IMG/VR virus record: IMGVR_UViG_3300045988_168418
Source of the DNA: a virus
DNA: 64,000 nt
Direction: 5' to 3' (one strand)
Below are positions 30,720 to 41,086 of the stretch, piece by piece. A program made the translations under genes and the position numbers. A model generated the notes under the pieces. That model worked only from the letters and a program-made list of their open reading frames with translations. It was not told the origin of the DNA and searched no databases. Every line of letters begins with the position of its first letter. The stretch's first letter is position 1.

Positions 30720-33206
30720 TTACTCTTTTACTTTACCCAAGTTTTCAATTAGTTTCTCAAGATTGGTTCCTCTTAACAATCTATCTGTTACTTCTGCGAC
30801 AGATTCATTACCTCGAGCGATTGCGTATGGAGCCATTGATTTTGTTACAGTTTCAAGCATAGAAGCGTTTGACGTAGATGTGAGTGCAGCTACTAGATCT
30901 GGGCTAATTGCTGTCATAATTTTACCGACAGTCTCTGCATAAGCTTCTTGCTTAGCTTTTTCAATATCAGCCTTAGTTTTATCATACTCTAACTGAGCAG
31001 CATCTACTTTTTTACTTCTTTCCAATTTAGCTTCGGTGATAGAATCAATAAGAATCTGCATATCACATTCCGCCTGTGTTTTAGCTTCAAGTAGCTCTTG
31101 GTTTTTTCTATCTAACTCTTCTTTTGTTTTAAGTTCTTCCATTTCAAGAGTTTTCTTGAGTTCAAGTTTATGGATTTGGTTATCGTGTTTAATCTTAGCT
31201 TCCTCTTTTTCAAAAGCGGCTAACTTAGTTACGACTTCCATTTTTCTTGTCGCATCAGATAATTCAAGACATTTACGAATCATTTCTTCTTGATGCTCAT
31301 TAAGAATATCAGCAACATTTTGTTCAACAGCTATTTTTAATACTTCTACATCATGTACAAGCATACCATTTTCTTTAAAGAAGCGTCCTTCTCTTCCAAT
31401 TTCTGATTCTCCTCTTTCTTCATTTTCATCTGGAAGAGCTAAGCAAACTTTTCTAACAATATCAGAAGCATTTGTATAAAAATCTTCAATATTATATTTT
31501 TTTGCTTCTCTTTTTAGTAAGCTTCTCTGGCGGTCGCACATATACTTAACATAGTTCTCAACAGAAAACCATTTATCTTTATACTTCTCCAAGAAGTCTA
31601 CGCAGTAAGATACTTTAATTTGAACATTAACAAAATCTTTTGTCTGAACGTTGATTAAATCAGAAATTTTGTTATTCTCAACCCGTAAGAAAACAGTCTT
31701 AATTAAGTTATCTGTTGTTTTAGGGCGTCCTGTTGATAATTCTAAAACTTCAAGAGTTTCATCATAATTAAGTAGTTTTGTTTTTGGTCCAACTACTACT
31801 TCTCTCGTGCCAGATTTAGAAGTTACATTGATTGCATATCCAGTCCAAACATCAATAGTAACAACTCCATCAAATCTGTTGTCTATTGTGATAGTTCTAG
31901 GTTTAGTGTAAGAAGTTCCTCTACTAATACCAGCATTGCTTTCAAGACAATCCATTGAAGCTACATCTGAAAATGCTGAATTAAAAACGAAATTCTTAAT
32001 ATCAGAAACTCCATTAAGTTTTTTAATATTTTTCTCTAAAGATTTCTCATTTAAAGATTTATTGTATTCAATAGCATCAACGTTACCTGGATACCATAAC
32101 TGACACTCTTTTGAAGTTAATTTTCTTTTTACGACTACTTCTTTACGCGGATCTGGTAAATACATCTTAGGTCCAACTACAGTCTTAATTTCACCAGTTT
32201 CACGATTCATCACATACCGACCTTCGCCTTCCGGGATAGCAATAGCGTGATGCATATGTTTTCCATCATAAGAAATAATTGCGTGCTCCGGTCTTGGATA
32301 ATAAATCATCTGCTCATTTCCGGTGATGAATAATTCTTCTCCGATTGGATGAGTAACTCCATTTTCAGTGTATTCTGCGATAACTTTTACATAGATACCA
32401 GAAATTTTTGATAACTCGATAGCTCTAAAACAATAGCCGCCATGTGAAGTTTTAACAAATGTTTCTGTTGGTTTTGGAAAAACTACATCTGGTCCATGTA
32501 GATACCTCTTATTTCCATTTTCATCTTTTAAAATACAATATTCGAGTCTTTCAAGAGTAACTGCATCTCTAATATAGTTCTTTTCATCGACAGGAATAAC
32601 TTCAATACCTGTTGGTGGAATGTAGAAAGATACTTTTGTTCCTTCAATAACAAGCATTTGACCTGGAAAGAACTTATTTGAAGTTTTCTGCTCTTTTCCA
32701 TCTGTATCTGTAACTACGCCTTCATTTTTATTTGCGGCGTCTGCATCATAAACTCTAGCTAAAAGATACTGATTACTTCTAAGGCGGTGTCCTTGAATTA
32801 CTTTCGCCATCTGTCCAGGATAAAGAGCAAAAGATTCTGGACCGAAGATGTTTACTTTCTTACCAATCTCAAGATTAGATGGAGACTGATTTGGTCTGCC
32901 TGCCTGTGGATGCTGTCCATCTGCTGTTGGATTTTTTAATACCACATACCAACCTTCTGGGGCTGAAATAAAAAGTTGCTTGGCTTTATCATAATCTCCG
33001 CACTCTTCAAAACGTTTATTTACAGTATTGAAAACAACTGGAGTTTCCTGCTGAGAAAGTGAAGTCTGAAAAGGTCCGACTGCACATTTGATATTACCAT
33101 CTGTTTTACTTAAAATATGAGCAAATTCATTCATATTTAAAACAAAATCTCTCTGGCGAGGAGCTACTGCCCTTCCGTCATTTTCGTATTCATCATATCT
33201 TCCCAT
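30720..33206 (-). CDS. major vault protein (MVP) homologue
   Basis: Repeated MVP-repeat signatures NIFGPESFALYPGQ, YLHGPDVVFPKPTE, GRYVMNRETGEIKTVVGPKMYLPDPRKEV (MVP: [27 protein letters not shown]). Shoulder region LELSTGRPKTTDN (MVP: LSLSAGRPKRPHA). Long E/K-rich cap-helix coiled coil. C-terminal TAISPDLVAAL (MVP: EAIGPSTIRDLAVA). Confidence 0.7.
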   Translation of the reverse strand: MGRYDEYENDGRAVAPRQRDFVLNMNEFAHILSKTDGNIKCAVGPFQTSLSQQETPVVFNTVNKRFEECGDYDKAKQLFISAPEGWYVVLKNPTADGQHPQAGRPNQSPSNLEIGKKVNIFGPESFALYPGQMAKVIQGHRLRSNQYLLARVYDADAANKNEGVVTDTDGKEQKTSNKFFPGQMLVIEGTKVSFYIPPTGIEVIPVDEKNYIRDAVTLERLEYCILKDENGNKRYLHGPDVVFPKPTETFVKTSHGGYCFRAIELSKISGIYVKVIAEYTENGVTHPIGEELFITGNEQMIYYPRPEHAIISYDGKHMHHAIAIPEGEGRYVMNRETGEIKTVVGPKMYLPDPRKEVVVKRKLTSKECQLWYPGNVDAIEYNKSLNEKSLEKNIKKLNGVSDIKNFVFNSAFSDVASMDCLESNAGISRGTSYTKPRTITIDNRFDGVVTIDVWTGYAINVTSKSGTREVVVGPKTKLLNYDETLEVLELSTGRPKTTDNLIKTVFLRVENNKISDLINVQTKDFVNVQIKVSYCVDFLEKYKDKWFSVENYVKYMCDRQRSLLKREAKKYNIEDFYTNASDIVRKVCLALPDENEERGESEIGREGRFFKENGMLVHDVEVLKIAVEQNVADILNEHQEEMIRKCLELSDATRKMEVVTKLAAFEKEEAKIKHDNQIHKLELKKTLEMEELKTKEELDRKNQELLEAKTQAECDMQILIDSITEAKLERSKKVDAAQLEYDKTKADIEKAKQEAYAETVGKIMTAISPDLVAALTSTSNASMLETVTKSMAPYAIARGNESVAEVTDRLLRGTNLEKLIENLGKVKE

Positions 33207-33334
33207 TCATTTACCTCTTTTATTTTTTTTATTTTCTTTTATGTATTTATTATATCATAAATTTTTAATTTTTTCAATTTATGTAAATATATCTGATCAT
33301 TTTTAATAATGTTGAGGAATTGAAACTATGAAAA

Positions 33335-34297
33335 CTACTTAGCTTTCATAGCTTTAACATATTTATTACCCTCAAGCTCTTTATCTTTTGCTAATTCTTT
33401 ATTTATGATATTTAAGTCATCAACATCCATTCCTTTTAAAAGAGAAATCTGAATTACCTCTTTTAAGTTTGAAAATACCTGCTCTAATTTTGCGATACGG
33501 TTAATGGTTCTATAAGAAAATAAACATTCAATTCCCATAGAATCAGTTGCTTTTCTAAAAGCATGAGCAAAGTTTACTAAGTCCATATTGTTTAAAGCCA
33601 TAGCCTTCTCAATTTTTGGAGAATAATCAATATTAATTAAGACGAATCTATCAAGAGAAGCTCTATCAAGACAATAGCGTCCAGTGTAATTATTATCTGC
33701 ACCTGTACCTAATGTATTACCTGCCGCGATAATTCGAAAATTTGGATGTGCTTCTACTTTGCCAATAGGAAAATCAAAATACCTATTAGCGATTGCCGCG
33801 TTTAATATAATTAAAACTTCTGGAATAGAACCATCCATTTCATCAAGGAAGAAAACTCCGCCTTTAGTAAATGCTTTGTAGAATTGAGTTTCTTGATATT
33901 TACCATTTGCATCAATAAAACCAGTCAGTTTATACTCTTGAGTTACAGCATTGGTAAAATAAAAATCTAAACCAAGAGCTTCTGCAACCTGCTTGCAGAT
34001 AACGTTTTTACCAGTTCCTGCCTTGCCAGTCAGATATACTGGGATATCAAGATTAACAATCTGTAATACCTCGTCAAATTTCTCATGTAAAGTACCTTCG
34101 ATTTTGCGGGTTCCTGTTGGAGTCTTAATTTCATGCTTCTCTGGAAGAAAACCATAAACTTCTTTAATTCTTGCATCAATTTTAGGTACAACAATATTCA
34201 TAATTTCGTTTTCACTTGCTTTTGCAATAGTAGACATCATAAACTTCTGCATTTCTTTAATCATCTGGGCAGTAGTTTGAGTCATAGCATCTGTCAT
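33335..34297 (-). CDS. AAA+ ATPase, MoxR/AAA_5 family
   Basis: Walker A GKAGTGKN, Walker B FFLDEMD, sensor IIAAGN. Confidence 0.7.
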   Translation of the reverse strand: MTDAMTQTTAQMIKEMQKFMMSTIAKASENEIMNIVVPKIDARIKEVYGFLPEKHEIKTPTGTRKIEGTLHEKFDEVLQIVNLDIPVYLTGKAGTGKNVICKQVAEALGLDFYFTNAVTQEYKLTGFIDANGKYQETQFYKAFTKGGVFFLDEMDGSIPEVLIILNAAIANRYFDFPIGKVEAHPNFRIIAAGNTLGTGADNNYTGRYCLDRASLDRFVLINIDYSPKIEKAMALNNMDLVNFAHAFRKATDSMGIECLFSYRTINRIAKLEQVFSNLKEVIQISLLKGMDVDDLNIINKELAKDKELEGNKYVKAMKAK

Positions 34298-34541
34298 TAA
34301 ATTTGCATTTTTTTGATTCTACTCTTGGCATAGTTTTATCTACCTCTTTCTTCTCTTTTTCGATATTAATAAAGGAACCATTTTTAAAAGTGATCGCAGC
34401 GTCAGAAGTTTCTAACATTTTCTTCTTGGCTTTTGTTGCACAACATTCATGTGCATACCTTTTTGTATTTACTTTAATAAAAGGCTCAAAATCACGATCA
34501 AATCTTTCACCACAAAAATAACATTTTACTGGATGTCCCAT
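34257..34541 (-). CDS. zinc-ribbon protein (paralogue of the N-terminus of 5485..6000)
   Basis: CYFCGERFDRD...KRYAHECC...C..C. Confidence 0.35.
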   Translation of the reverse strand: MGHPVKCYFCGERFDRDFEPFIKVNTKRYAHECCATKAKKKMLETSDAAITFKNGSFINIEKEKKEVDKTMPRVESKKCKFNDRCYDSNYCPDD

Positions 34542-34548
34542 ACGCTAA

Positions 34549-35388
34549 TCAACTCCTTCGCCTATCTTGTAATTTTTCAATAATCTTTTTAACATCATAT
34601 CCATTTTCTCTAATCCAATAACTATTTAAAACTACAACCGAACTATTTTTACATTTAAGATTTTTTTTGATTATATCTAAGTCTTGAATTGGAGCTCCAT
34701 ATGAGAGAGCGAAAAGAGTTTCTTTAAGATCTGGACAAGTTTCTAAGTATTTAAAGCCAAATCTTCTAAGCATGGACGGATGTGCTATTGGAAAACAAAG
34801 TTTTTGTAAGTCTAATTCTTGTCCATAGCTCTTTACTTTTACTATTGGAAAAACTGCTTCACTTTTATTCATAGTTATTGCTCCAATAAAACCTACTGAT
34901 AATTCTACTGAGGTGCCTTGAGATTCAAGAAGTTTAATTACAGTAAGCAATGTAGCACCAGCTCTTATAAAAAAATCTTGTGACTCACCACAACTTCCAG
35001 CAATAGAATAAATAATTGAGATTGTTTTTTTCTTTTGCGGAATTTTATTAATAGTAATCATTGAATTAGGAAGATTCCTGATTGCATTTGGAATATTTGG
35101 CACATATCCAATAACAGCGTTTGTAGGAACTCTTTTGTTTATAGTAATTAGATTACTATAACTTTTGCTTTGTTCCTTCACTTGTTTTTTTATATCTGGT
35201 AAAATTTCAGTATATCCTTTTCTAATTAAAGAACTCGCCTCTGTATAGGATTCCGTTCCGTACCATGTTGGTTTTCTTTCAGGTTTTTCTGAACTATTGC
35301 AGTTCCTCATTATTTGATTATTAGGGCGAGAATCTAAGACTTTAATCATTTCATCAATGCTTTTAAAATTCTCAGTAATAAATCTCAT
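34549..35388 (-). CDS. hypothetical protein in the flotillin-MoxR-MVP operon
   Basis: 279 aa, no recognisable motif; lies between the flotillin and MoxR genes. Confidence 0.35.
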   Translation of the reverse strand: MRFITENFKSIDEMIKVLDSRPNNQIMRNCNSSEKPERKPTWYGTESYTEASSLIRKGYTEILPDIKKQVKEQSKSYSNLITINKRVPTNAVIGYVPNIPNAIRNLPNSMITINKIPQKKKTISIIYSIAGSCGESQDFFIRAGATLLTVIKLLESQGTSVELSVGFIGAITMNKSEAVFPIVKVKSYGQELDLQKLCFPIAHPSMLRRFGFKYLETCPDLKETLFALSYGAPIQDLDIIKKNLKCKNSSVVVLNSYWIRENGYDVKKIIEKLQDRRRS

Positions 35389-35556
35389 ATCTTATCAAAC
35401 CCTTTCTTTTTCTTTATATATCTATTATATCATATTATATCATAATTTTTATAAAAAATAAAAGATGCTTTTTTATATTTAGCCTTTATAAGATATAAAA
35501 AAGAGAAGTTTTTTCTTTTTCATATATATAATTATATCAAAAAATTATAAAAAAAT

Positions 35557-35584
35557 AAAGGTTACATTATAAAATGTAACCTTT
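35557..35584. terminator. bidirectional terminator downstream of the flotillin gene
   Basis: AAAGGTTACATT-ATAA-AATGTAACCTTT. Confidence 0.5.
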
Positions 35585-35610
35585 TATATAACTTATTTAA
35601 AATAATTATT

Positions 35611-37080
35611 TTATTTAGCTTCATCAATAGTAGGCTCAATATTAACGGTAACATCTTTGCCTTTTACTATTTTAGCTCCAAGGATTCCTGACAGTAAACC
35701 TTTAAGATCTAACCCCATAGACTCACTCAATCCTTCTGATACCTGAGTAATGTTTTTCATCACATTCTCAGTTAACTTAGAGCTATCTCCGCCATACATA
35801 TAGATTTTATCTACGTTTGTATAAGCTTTACCTGCGGCTTCCGCGATAGCTGGCATCTGTTCAAATAATGTTTTGATAGCCTGTAATTGCATATCCATCT
35901 GTGCGGCTTCGCCATACTGTTTCATAGCTTCAGCTTTCTTTAAAATACCTTCAGCTTCCGCCAGAGCTTTAGCCTGAACTGCGGCAGCTTCAGCTTCTCC
36001 TTTAGCTTTAATACCTGCGGCTTCATTTTCCATTGCAACCTTCTGAGCTTCTGCGGCAGCCTTGGTTGCTTCCGCTTGCTGTTCAGCTTCAAATTTTTCA
36101 GCTTCAGCTTTTTTCTGTCTCTCGAATAATTCAGCTTCAGAAGCTTTCTGAATTTCATAAAGCTTAGCATCTGCGTCCTGCTGAGCCGCGTATTTACGAG
36201 CTTCCGCCTCTTTCTTAACTTCTGCTTCAAGTGTTTTCTCTTTGATTGCAACTGCCCGCTCTTTCAACTCGATTGCTTTCTCTTGTCTAGCTAAGTTAGC
36301 GTTGGCTGTTGTAATTTCAATAGTCTTACGCTGTTCTTCCTGTTGAATCTGATAAGCTGCATCTGCTTCAGCTTTCTTTGTATCAGCTTCTTTCTGTAAT
36401 TCAGCTTTCTGAATAGAAAGTTCATTCTGTTTCTTAGCGATTTCTAAATCAGCTTTTACTTTTGCATCATTTGCTGCTTGAGCTGCTTCCGCCTTAGCAA
36501 CCGCGATCTCTTTTTCTGCTTTTGCTTTTGAAATAGCTGCATCTTTACTAATCTGAACAGTATTTTCCAGACCTAAGTTTTCAATAACTCCATTGCGGTC
36601 TTTAAAGTTCTGGATATTAAAAGTTGTTAAATCAAGTCCCATATCATTAAGATTAGGAGTGACGTTATCAATAACCTTTTCAGCAAAAGCCTTCTTATCT
36701 CCTTGAATCAATTCTTTTAAAGTTGTTTGAGAAATGATTTCTCGAATATTACCTTCAAAGACAGGAGTGATAATCTCTTTAATTTGATTAGGACTATAAC
36801 CTAAAAACTTTGAAGCTGCGATTTTTAGTTTTTCTGAATCCTGAGAAATAGATACGTTTGCTACTGCGTCTACAAGAATATTGATTGCATCGCTTGTAGG
36901 GATTTCATCTCTTGATGTAAAATCTGATTGAATGTTTTCAAGAGACAAGTAATCTACTCTTTGAATAATTGGAATTACAAAACAGCCTTTTCCAATAGCA
37001 GTTCTACATCCTCTCGGACCTGTAATTACCATTGCTGTGTTAGGCGGAGCTTTTTTATACATTGTCTTACTGATTCCCAC
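35611..37080 (-). CDS. floT: flotillin (SPFH/band-7 domain + EA-rich flotillin domain; FloT/YqiK-like)
   Basis: N-terminal SPFH. NFKDRNGVIENLG + long A/E/K repeats + QYGEAAQMDMQ...VDKIYMYGGDSS closely track B. subtilis FloT (KDVRDKNGYLESLG ... EQYGQAAIFDM...IDKITVVDTGGSG). Confidence 0.7.
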   Translation of the reverse strand: MGISKTMYKKAPPNTAMVITGPRGCRTAIGKGCFVIPIIQRVDYLSLENIQSDFTSRDEIPTSDAINILVDAVANVSISQDSEKLKIAASKFLGYSPNQIKEIITPVFEGNIREIISQTTLKELIQGDKKAFAEKVIDNVTPNLNDMGLDLTTFNIQNFKDRNGVIENLGLENTVQISKDAAISKAKAEKEIAVAKAEAAQAANDAKVKADLEIAKKQNELSIQKAELQKEADTKKAEADAAYQIQQEEQRKTIEITTANANLARQEKAIELKERAVAIKEKTLEAEVKKEAEARKYAAQQDADAKLYEIQKASEAELFERQKKAEAEKFEAEQQAEATKAAAEAQKVAMENEAAGIKAKGEAEAAAVQAKALAEAEGILKKAEAMKQYGEAAQMDMQLQAIKTLFEQMPAIAEAAGKAYTNVDKIYMYGGDSSKLTENVMKNITQVSEGLSESMGLDLKGLLSGILGAKIVKGKDVTVNIEPTIDEAK

Positions 37081-37233
37081 AATAGCGGCAATAACAATAG
37101 CAAGAATTACGATTGTTGTAAGAACAGGTGCATATTTAAGTAAAAAGAATTGCGTTTCCTATATTTCCCATGTTTTTCTCCTTTAATATAATATTTAATT
37201 GTCAATGTTCATTATTTTATTTATTTATTTATT

Positions 37234-37449
37234 TTAATCGTTTGGTACAATTTTTTCGCCAATAGGCTGATTTGATCCATCTACCTCTTGAATAAAGTTA
37301 ATAGTATTCTTTTTTAAATTGCCAAAATTTTTCATAAAGGCATCTGTTGCGGTTTTAGCATCAGTCGCCTTAATCTTAGTGTTACGAGTTACATTTGGAT
37401 CATACCTCTTATTTGTCTGCCAGTTAAAAATAAAAGTTTTCATCAACAA
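37234..37449 (-). CDS. hypothetical small protein
   Basis: 71-aa ORF. Confidence 0.25.
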   Translation of the reverse strand: MLMKTFIFNWQTNKRYDPNVTRNTKIKATDAKTATDAFMKNFGNLKKNTINFIQEVDGSNQPIGEKIVPND

Positions 37450-37483
37450 TCTCCTTTTTATTTATTTATTTATTATAAAAATA

Positions 37484-38542
37484 TTATATAATATTTTTTA
37501 ATTCAAATGCTTCCGCTTTTAATTCAGGATGAGTAATTTTAATATAAGTACCTTTCATGCCCATACTAGTAATATCTGCTACTTTATTCTCTTTCATTTT
37601 ACTTAAAAGATTATTATAAACAGAACGTGAAATTTTGTTTTTTTCAACCAGCTTAACGATACTTATGCTACCCTCGCCGCCAATTTCTTCAATAATAGAA
37701 TAATAAGCTCTCTCTTCTGCATGAGTTAATTGTCTAAAGAAATTTTTTTTTGAAATAAATTCTTTTTTAACTCCATCAAAAGAGCTTCTTAAAATTTCAA
37801 TAGTACCAATATCCAAAGCGGCTTCCGCGTTTTCATGCTCTGGAGATTTTCTATTTCGATATCTTGTTACAAATCTATCTACATCATACATAAGAGTTTC
37901 CGCGAGATATAATTTTTTTTCTGGATTTGAGCATACTTTTAATAAACCATACTTTAAATTCCAAAGCATAGTAAAGTTCTCTTCTTTTGGTTGAATACAT
38001 TCTAAGTAAGGTTTATTTTGAACGTATTGTTCTAAGAAATAAAACAATCTTTTTGCATTATACAATTTTTTATTATCTGTAGGATTCTGCTTTAATGTAT
38101 AAACTAACTGACCGCTAATGGATTGTATTGCCCTAAGTTCATCATATCTTGCAATAGATTCTCTTGAAGCGATAAAATATTTATGAAATAAATCTTTATA
38201 TTTTGGATTTATAATACAATATTCTGTAAATAAAATCTCTGTATAGTTGATATTTTGTCTCATTAGCTGAATCCGCAGAGAACGAAAGTCTTTTAAATCA
38301 ATATGTTCACCATTTTTATAATGGATTTCTTTAGAAAGCAGTGAAGTGTTTAAACACAAATCAGAAAAAGATGGTAAAATAAATACTTTACTATCAACAT
38401 CACTAGTTTCTGTCGCAAAACCATAGTTTTGAGAGCCATAAAGAAAAATACCTAAAATTCTATCTTCATTATAGCCTAAGTCGATTACATAGTCTAAATG
38501 CTCTTGAAGTCTTTTCATTATTTTTTCTTTTTGTACAGCCAT
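37484..38542 (-). CDS. nucleotidyltransferase (Pol-beta superfamily) with C-terminal winged-helix-like region
   Basis: GIFLYGSQNYGFATETSDVDSKV = GS-x9-13-[DE]h[DE]h NTase motif. Confidence 0.45.
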   Translation of the reverse strand: MAVQKEKIMKRLQEHLDYVIDLGYNEDRILGIFLYGSQNYGFATETSDVDSKVFILPSFSDLCLNTSLLSKEIHYKNGEHIDLKDFRSLRIQLMRQNINYTEILFTEYCIINPKYKDLFHKYFIASRESIARYDELRAIQSISGQLVYTLKQNPTDNKKLYNAKRLFYFLEQYVQNKPYLECIQPKEENFTMLWNLKYGLLKVCSNPEKKLYLAETLMYDVDRFVTRYRNRKSPEHENAEAALDIGTIEILRSSFDGVKKEFISKKNFFRQLTHAEERAYYSIIEEIGGEGSISIVKLVEKNKISRSVYNNLLSKMKENKVADITSMGMKGTYIKITHPELKAEAFELKNII

Positions 38543-38559
38543 ATAATTCCTCCTTTCAT

Positions 38560-39285
38560 TTAAAGAATAAATTTTCTATCATAAAAATATTTTTCTACTT
38601 TCATTTCATCTAAGTCAAATAAAGCGGCTTTTCCTGAATTAACAGAATTTAAGTCTAAATCTATTTTATGACCATCAGCGTATGTTAAAATTTCTGCTTT
38701 AGCGGTCTGACCTAAAACAGAAGATACCCATTGGACTGGAGAATGTCCATGAATGATATACCAGTTTTCATATTTCTTTGTTTTATTCCAATCTTCAAAA
38801 ATATGGTTTCTACCCCATATATAAGGTAATTCAGTTTTTTCGATTACTTTCATTTCTTCTTTAGTTTTATCTATATTTGTTCCAGCGTGAGATAGAAAAA
38901 TTTTCTGACCTTTCGTATTCGTATAATTTATATATTCTGGTAAATTATTTAATTTTTTTACAAGGTCAGCTAAAGGATCATCACTCCATAGAGAAAGAGA
39001 GTCCCAGGTAGGTCTTCCGCCATTGGCAAACCAAAAAAGCAGAAATTCAGTATCTCCATGAAGATAGTCTGAAATACAGGATGCTGCGGCATGCTCATGA
39101 TTTCCCTTTAAATAAATAACTCTTTTATCTTTTAAAAGTTCTTCCATGAGAACTACTCCATCTGGACCGCGGTCTATTGCATCTCCAAGGAAGTATAATG
39201 TATCTGTTTCATCGCAATAATTTTTAATTTGGCTCCATAAATCATAGCAACCATGTAAATCTGTAAAACAATAATGTTTATTCAT
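38560..39285 (-). CDS. Ser/Thr-phosphatase-like (PPP/ApaH-type) metallophosphoesterase
   Basis: CFTDLHGCYD...FLGDAIDRGPDG...GNHEHAA...HGHS. Confidence 0.6.
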   Translation of the reverse strand: MNKHYCFTDLHGCYDLWSQIKNYCDETDTLYFLGDAIDRGPDGVVLMEELLKDKRVIYLKGNHEHAAASCISDYLHGDTEFLLFWFANGGRPTWDSLSLWSDDPLADLVKKLNNLPEYINYTNTKGQKIFLSHAGTNIDKTKEEMKVIEKTELPYIWGRNHIFEDWNKTKKYENWYIIHGHSPVQWVSSVLGQTAKAEILTYADGHKIDLDLNSVNSGKAALFDLDEMKVEKYFYDRKFIL

Positions 39286-39463
39286 ATCTATTCCTCACTT
39301 CTCTTTTATTATAAATATATTATATAATAATTTTAATGAAAAATCAATTTTTATTCTATTGGACAAAACAAAATAATTTTAAAATTAGATTTTTAATAAA
39401 TTTTATAGAAGAAAATAATTTTGTTTATATAAAAAATTTTTAAGAAAGGAATAGATAATATAA

Positions 39464-41086
39464 ATGGCAGATACAAATAATATTTTATCATCTTGGAATA
39501 GTAAGAAAGATGATACTAATAATATCAGAATAAAAAATCTTGAAGACAGAGTAAGATATTTGGAAAGCTATGCGATTCAGGATCTTAATACTTATATTAA
39601 AGAAACTTTTTTAATGCAACGTACTGGGAAAGTATTTACTTCAAAATTTCCTTTATTTTCAGTTTCTCAAAGTTCAAAAGGCATAAAAATAGACGACAAC
39701 GCAGATATGCAATGTAATCTTTCTACTCAACACCAGAAAAATAAAAATGATTATGAAAATGAACCAATGTTTAAACCTATTGATTGTAATTGGAAATTGG
39801 ACGATACTACTGGAAAAATTATAATTACAGCTATTGATGGGCAAGGCTCTTTTTCAAGAAATGGTTCTAATGGGCAAGTTGGAGTTATAAACATGCCTTG
39901 GTATGTTAGAACCTGGAAAGATGAAAATTATTGGTACATTTCTGTCACCGATTCTCCAAAAGCTAATTATGATCTATTGACAGAATGTTTTACTCCTCAA
40001 AAAGAAAATCAAGGCTTTATGGTTCATAGTAAATATCTTATGGGAGATATTGGTGGAAAGCCATACAGTGCGAGTGGATTAATTCCATTATGTAATGATA
40101 ATTCTTTATTAAATACCTCATCAATAAAACCTTCTTTTAAGACTTTGATTGACTATTGTCATAAACTTAGTAGTTATTATTGTGCAGAAACTAATTATGA
40201 CTTATTTTTTATTCAATTACAATTTTTAATTAAATTTGCTAATTTGAATATGACACAGGCATTAAATTCAGCTATAGGAATAAATCTAGAACCTTTTGTT
40301 AGAATTAATGAAAATATTGTTAATGATAAAATAACTATTTTTGATTCTATAGATATGTATAAATTAGCTTCTAAAACTTCAATTTCTGGAGTGACAAATA
40401 ATTTTGGTACTTATACTACTGCATCTACAGGAGATGATTTTTGGTATAAAACAATTTCTAGCGTTAATTATAATGACAACTCTATAAATGTTGAAGATAT
40501 TGGAAATATATCTGTTGCTAGTGGTGATGGTTTTATAATAATGCCATGGAAAACAGGTATATGCGATAATATTCTGAGTTGTGACGGATGTTACTCAGGA
40601 GGAAGAACTAACAACGTCCCTTTACTTATTGGTGGAATTGAATGTTTTTCTGGAGGAAGAGAAGTATTGGGAAATGTTTTTTCTGTAACACAAGATGATA
40701 CTACAAGAATTATTAGAAAAAGTTTAGCTAATAAATTAACTTCAGATGAAGTTGATTTAAAAACTTATTCAGATAGAATCGCATCAATTCCAATTCAAGG
40801 TGGATATATATCAGAATGCACAATTCAAGTTGCTCAAAGTTTTATTTCTCCATTAAAATATGAAGCAACTTCTTCAACTGGTTTCTCTAGTACTATTATA
40901 TATGATCCTGCTTACAATCAAGGACAAGTTAGAGAAGTTATTTGTTTATACAATAATTTTTGGGAGTTGGATTTAAGTAGACAATTAGATAATGGTTTTA
41001 TTCTTCCAACTGGCTATCCTGATAGACATAGCTATAATATAGTATCTAGGCTTAGTCCAAATGGAATGTGTCAAAGACCAAGTTAG
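39464..41086 (+). CDS. hypothetical N/S/T/G-rich protein (possible structural or receptor-binding protein), plus strand
   Basis: 540 aa, own RBS AAGGAATAG...ATG; one of only two plus-strand genes. Confidence 0.45.
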   Translation: MADTNNILSSWNSKKDDTNNIRIKNLEDRVRYLESYAIQDLNTYIKETFLMQRTGKVFTSKFPLFSVSQSSKGIKIDDNADMQCNLSTQHQKNKNDYENEPMFKPIDCNWKLDDTTGKIIITAIDGQGSFSRNGSNGQVGVINMPWYVRTWKDENYWYISVTDSPKANYDLLTECFTPQKENQGFMVHSKYLMGDIGGKPYSASGLIPLCNDNSLLNTSSIKPSFKTLIDYCHKLSSYYCAETNYDLFFIQLQFLIKFANLNMTQALNSAIGINLEPFVRINENIVNDKITIFDSIDMYKLASKTSISGVTNNFGTYTTASTGDDFWYKTISSVNYNDNSINVEDIGNISVASGDGFIIMPWKTGICDNILSCDGCYSGGRTNNVPLLIGGIECFSGGREVLGNVFSVTQDDTTRIIRKSLANKLTSDEVDLKTYSDRIASIPIQGGYISECTIQVAQSFISPLKYEATSSTGFSSTIIYDPAYNQGQVREVICLYNNFWELDLSRQLDNGFILPTGYPDRHSYNIVSRLSPNGMCQRPS

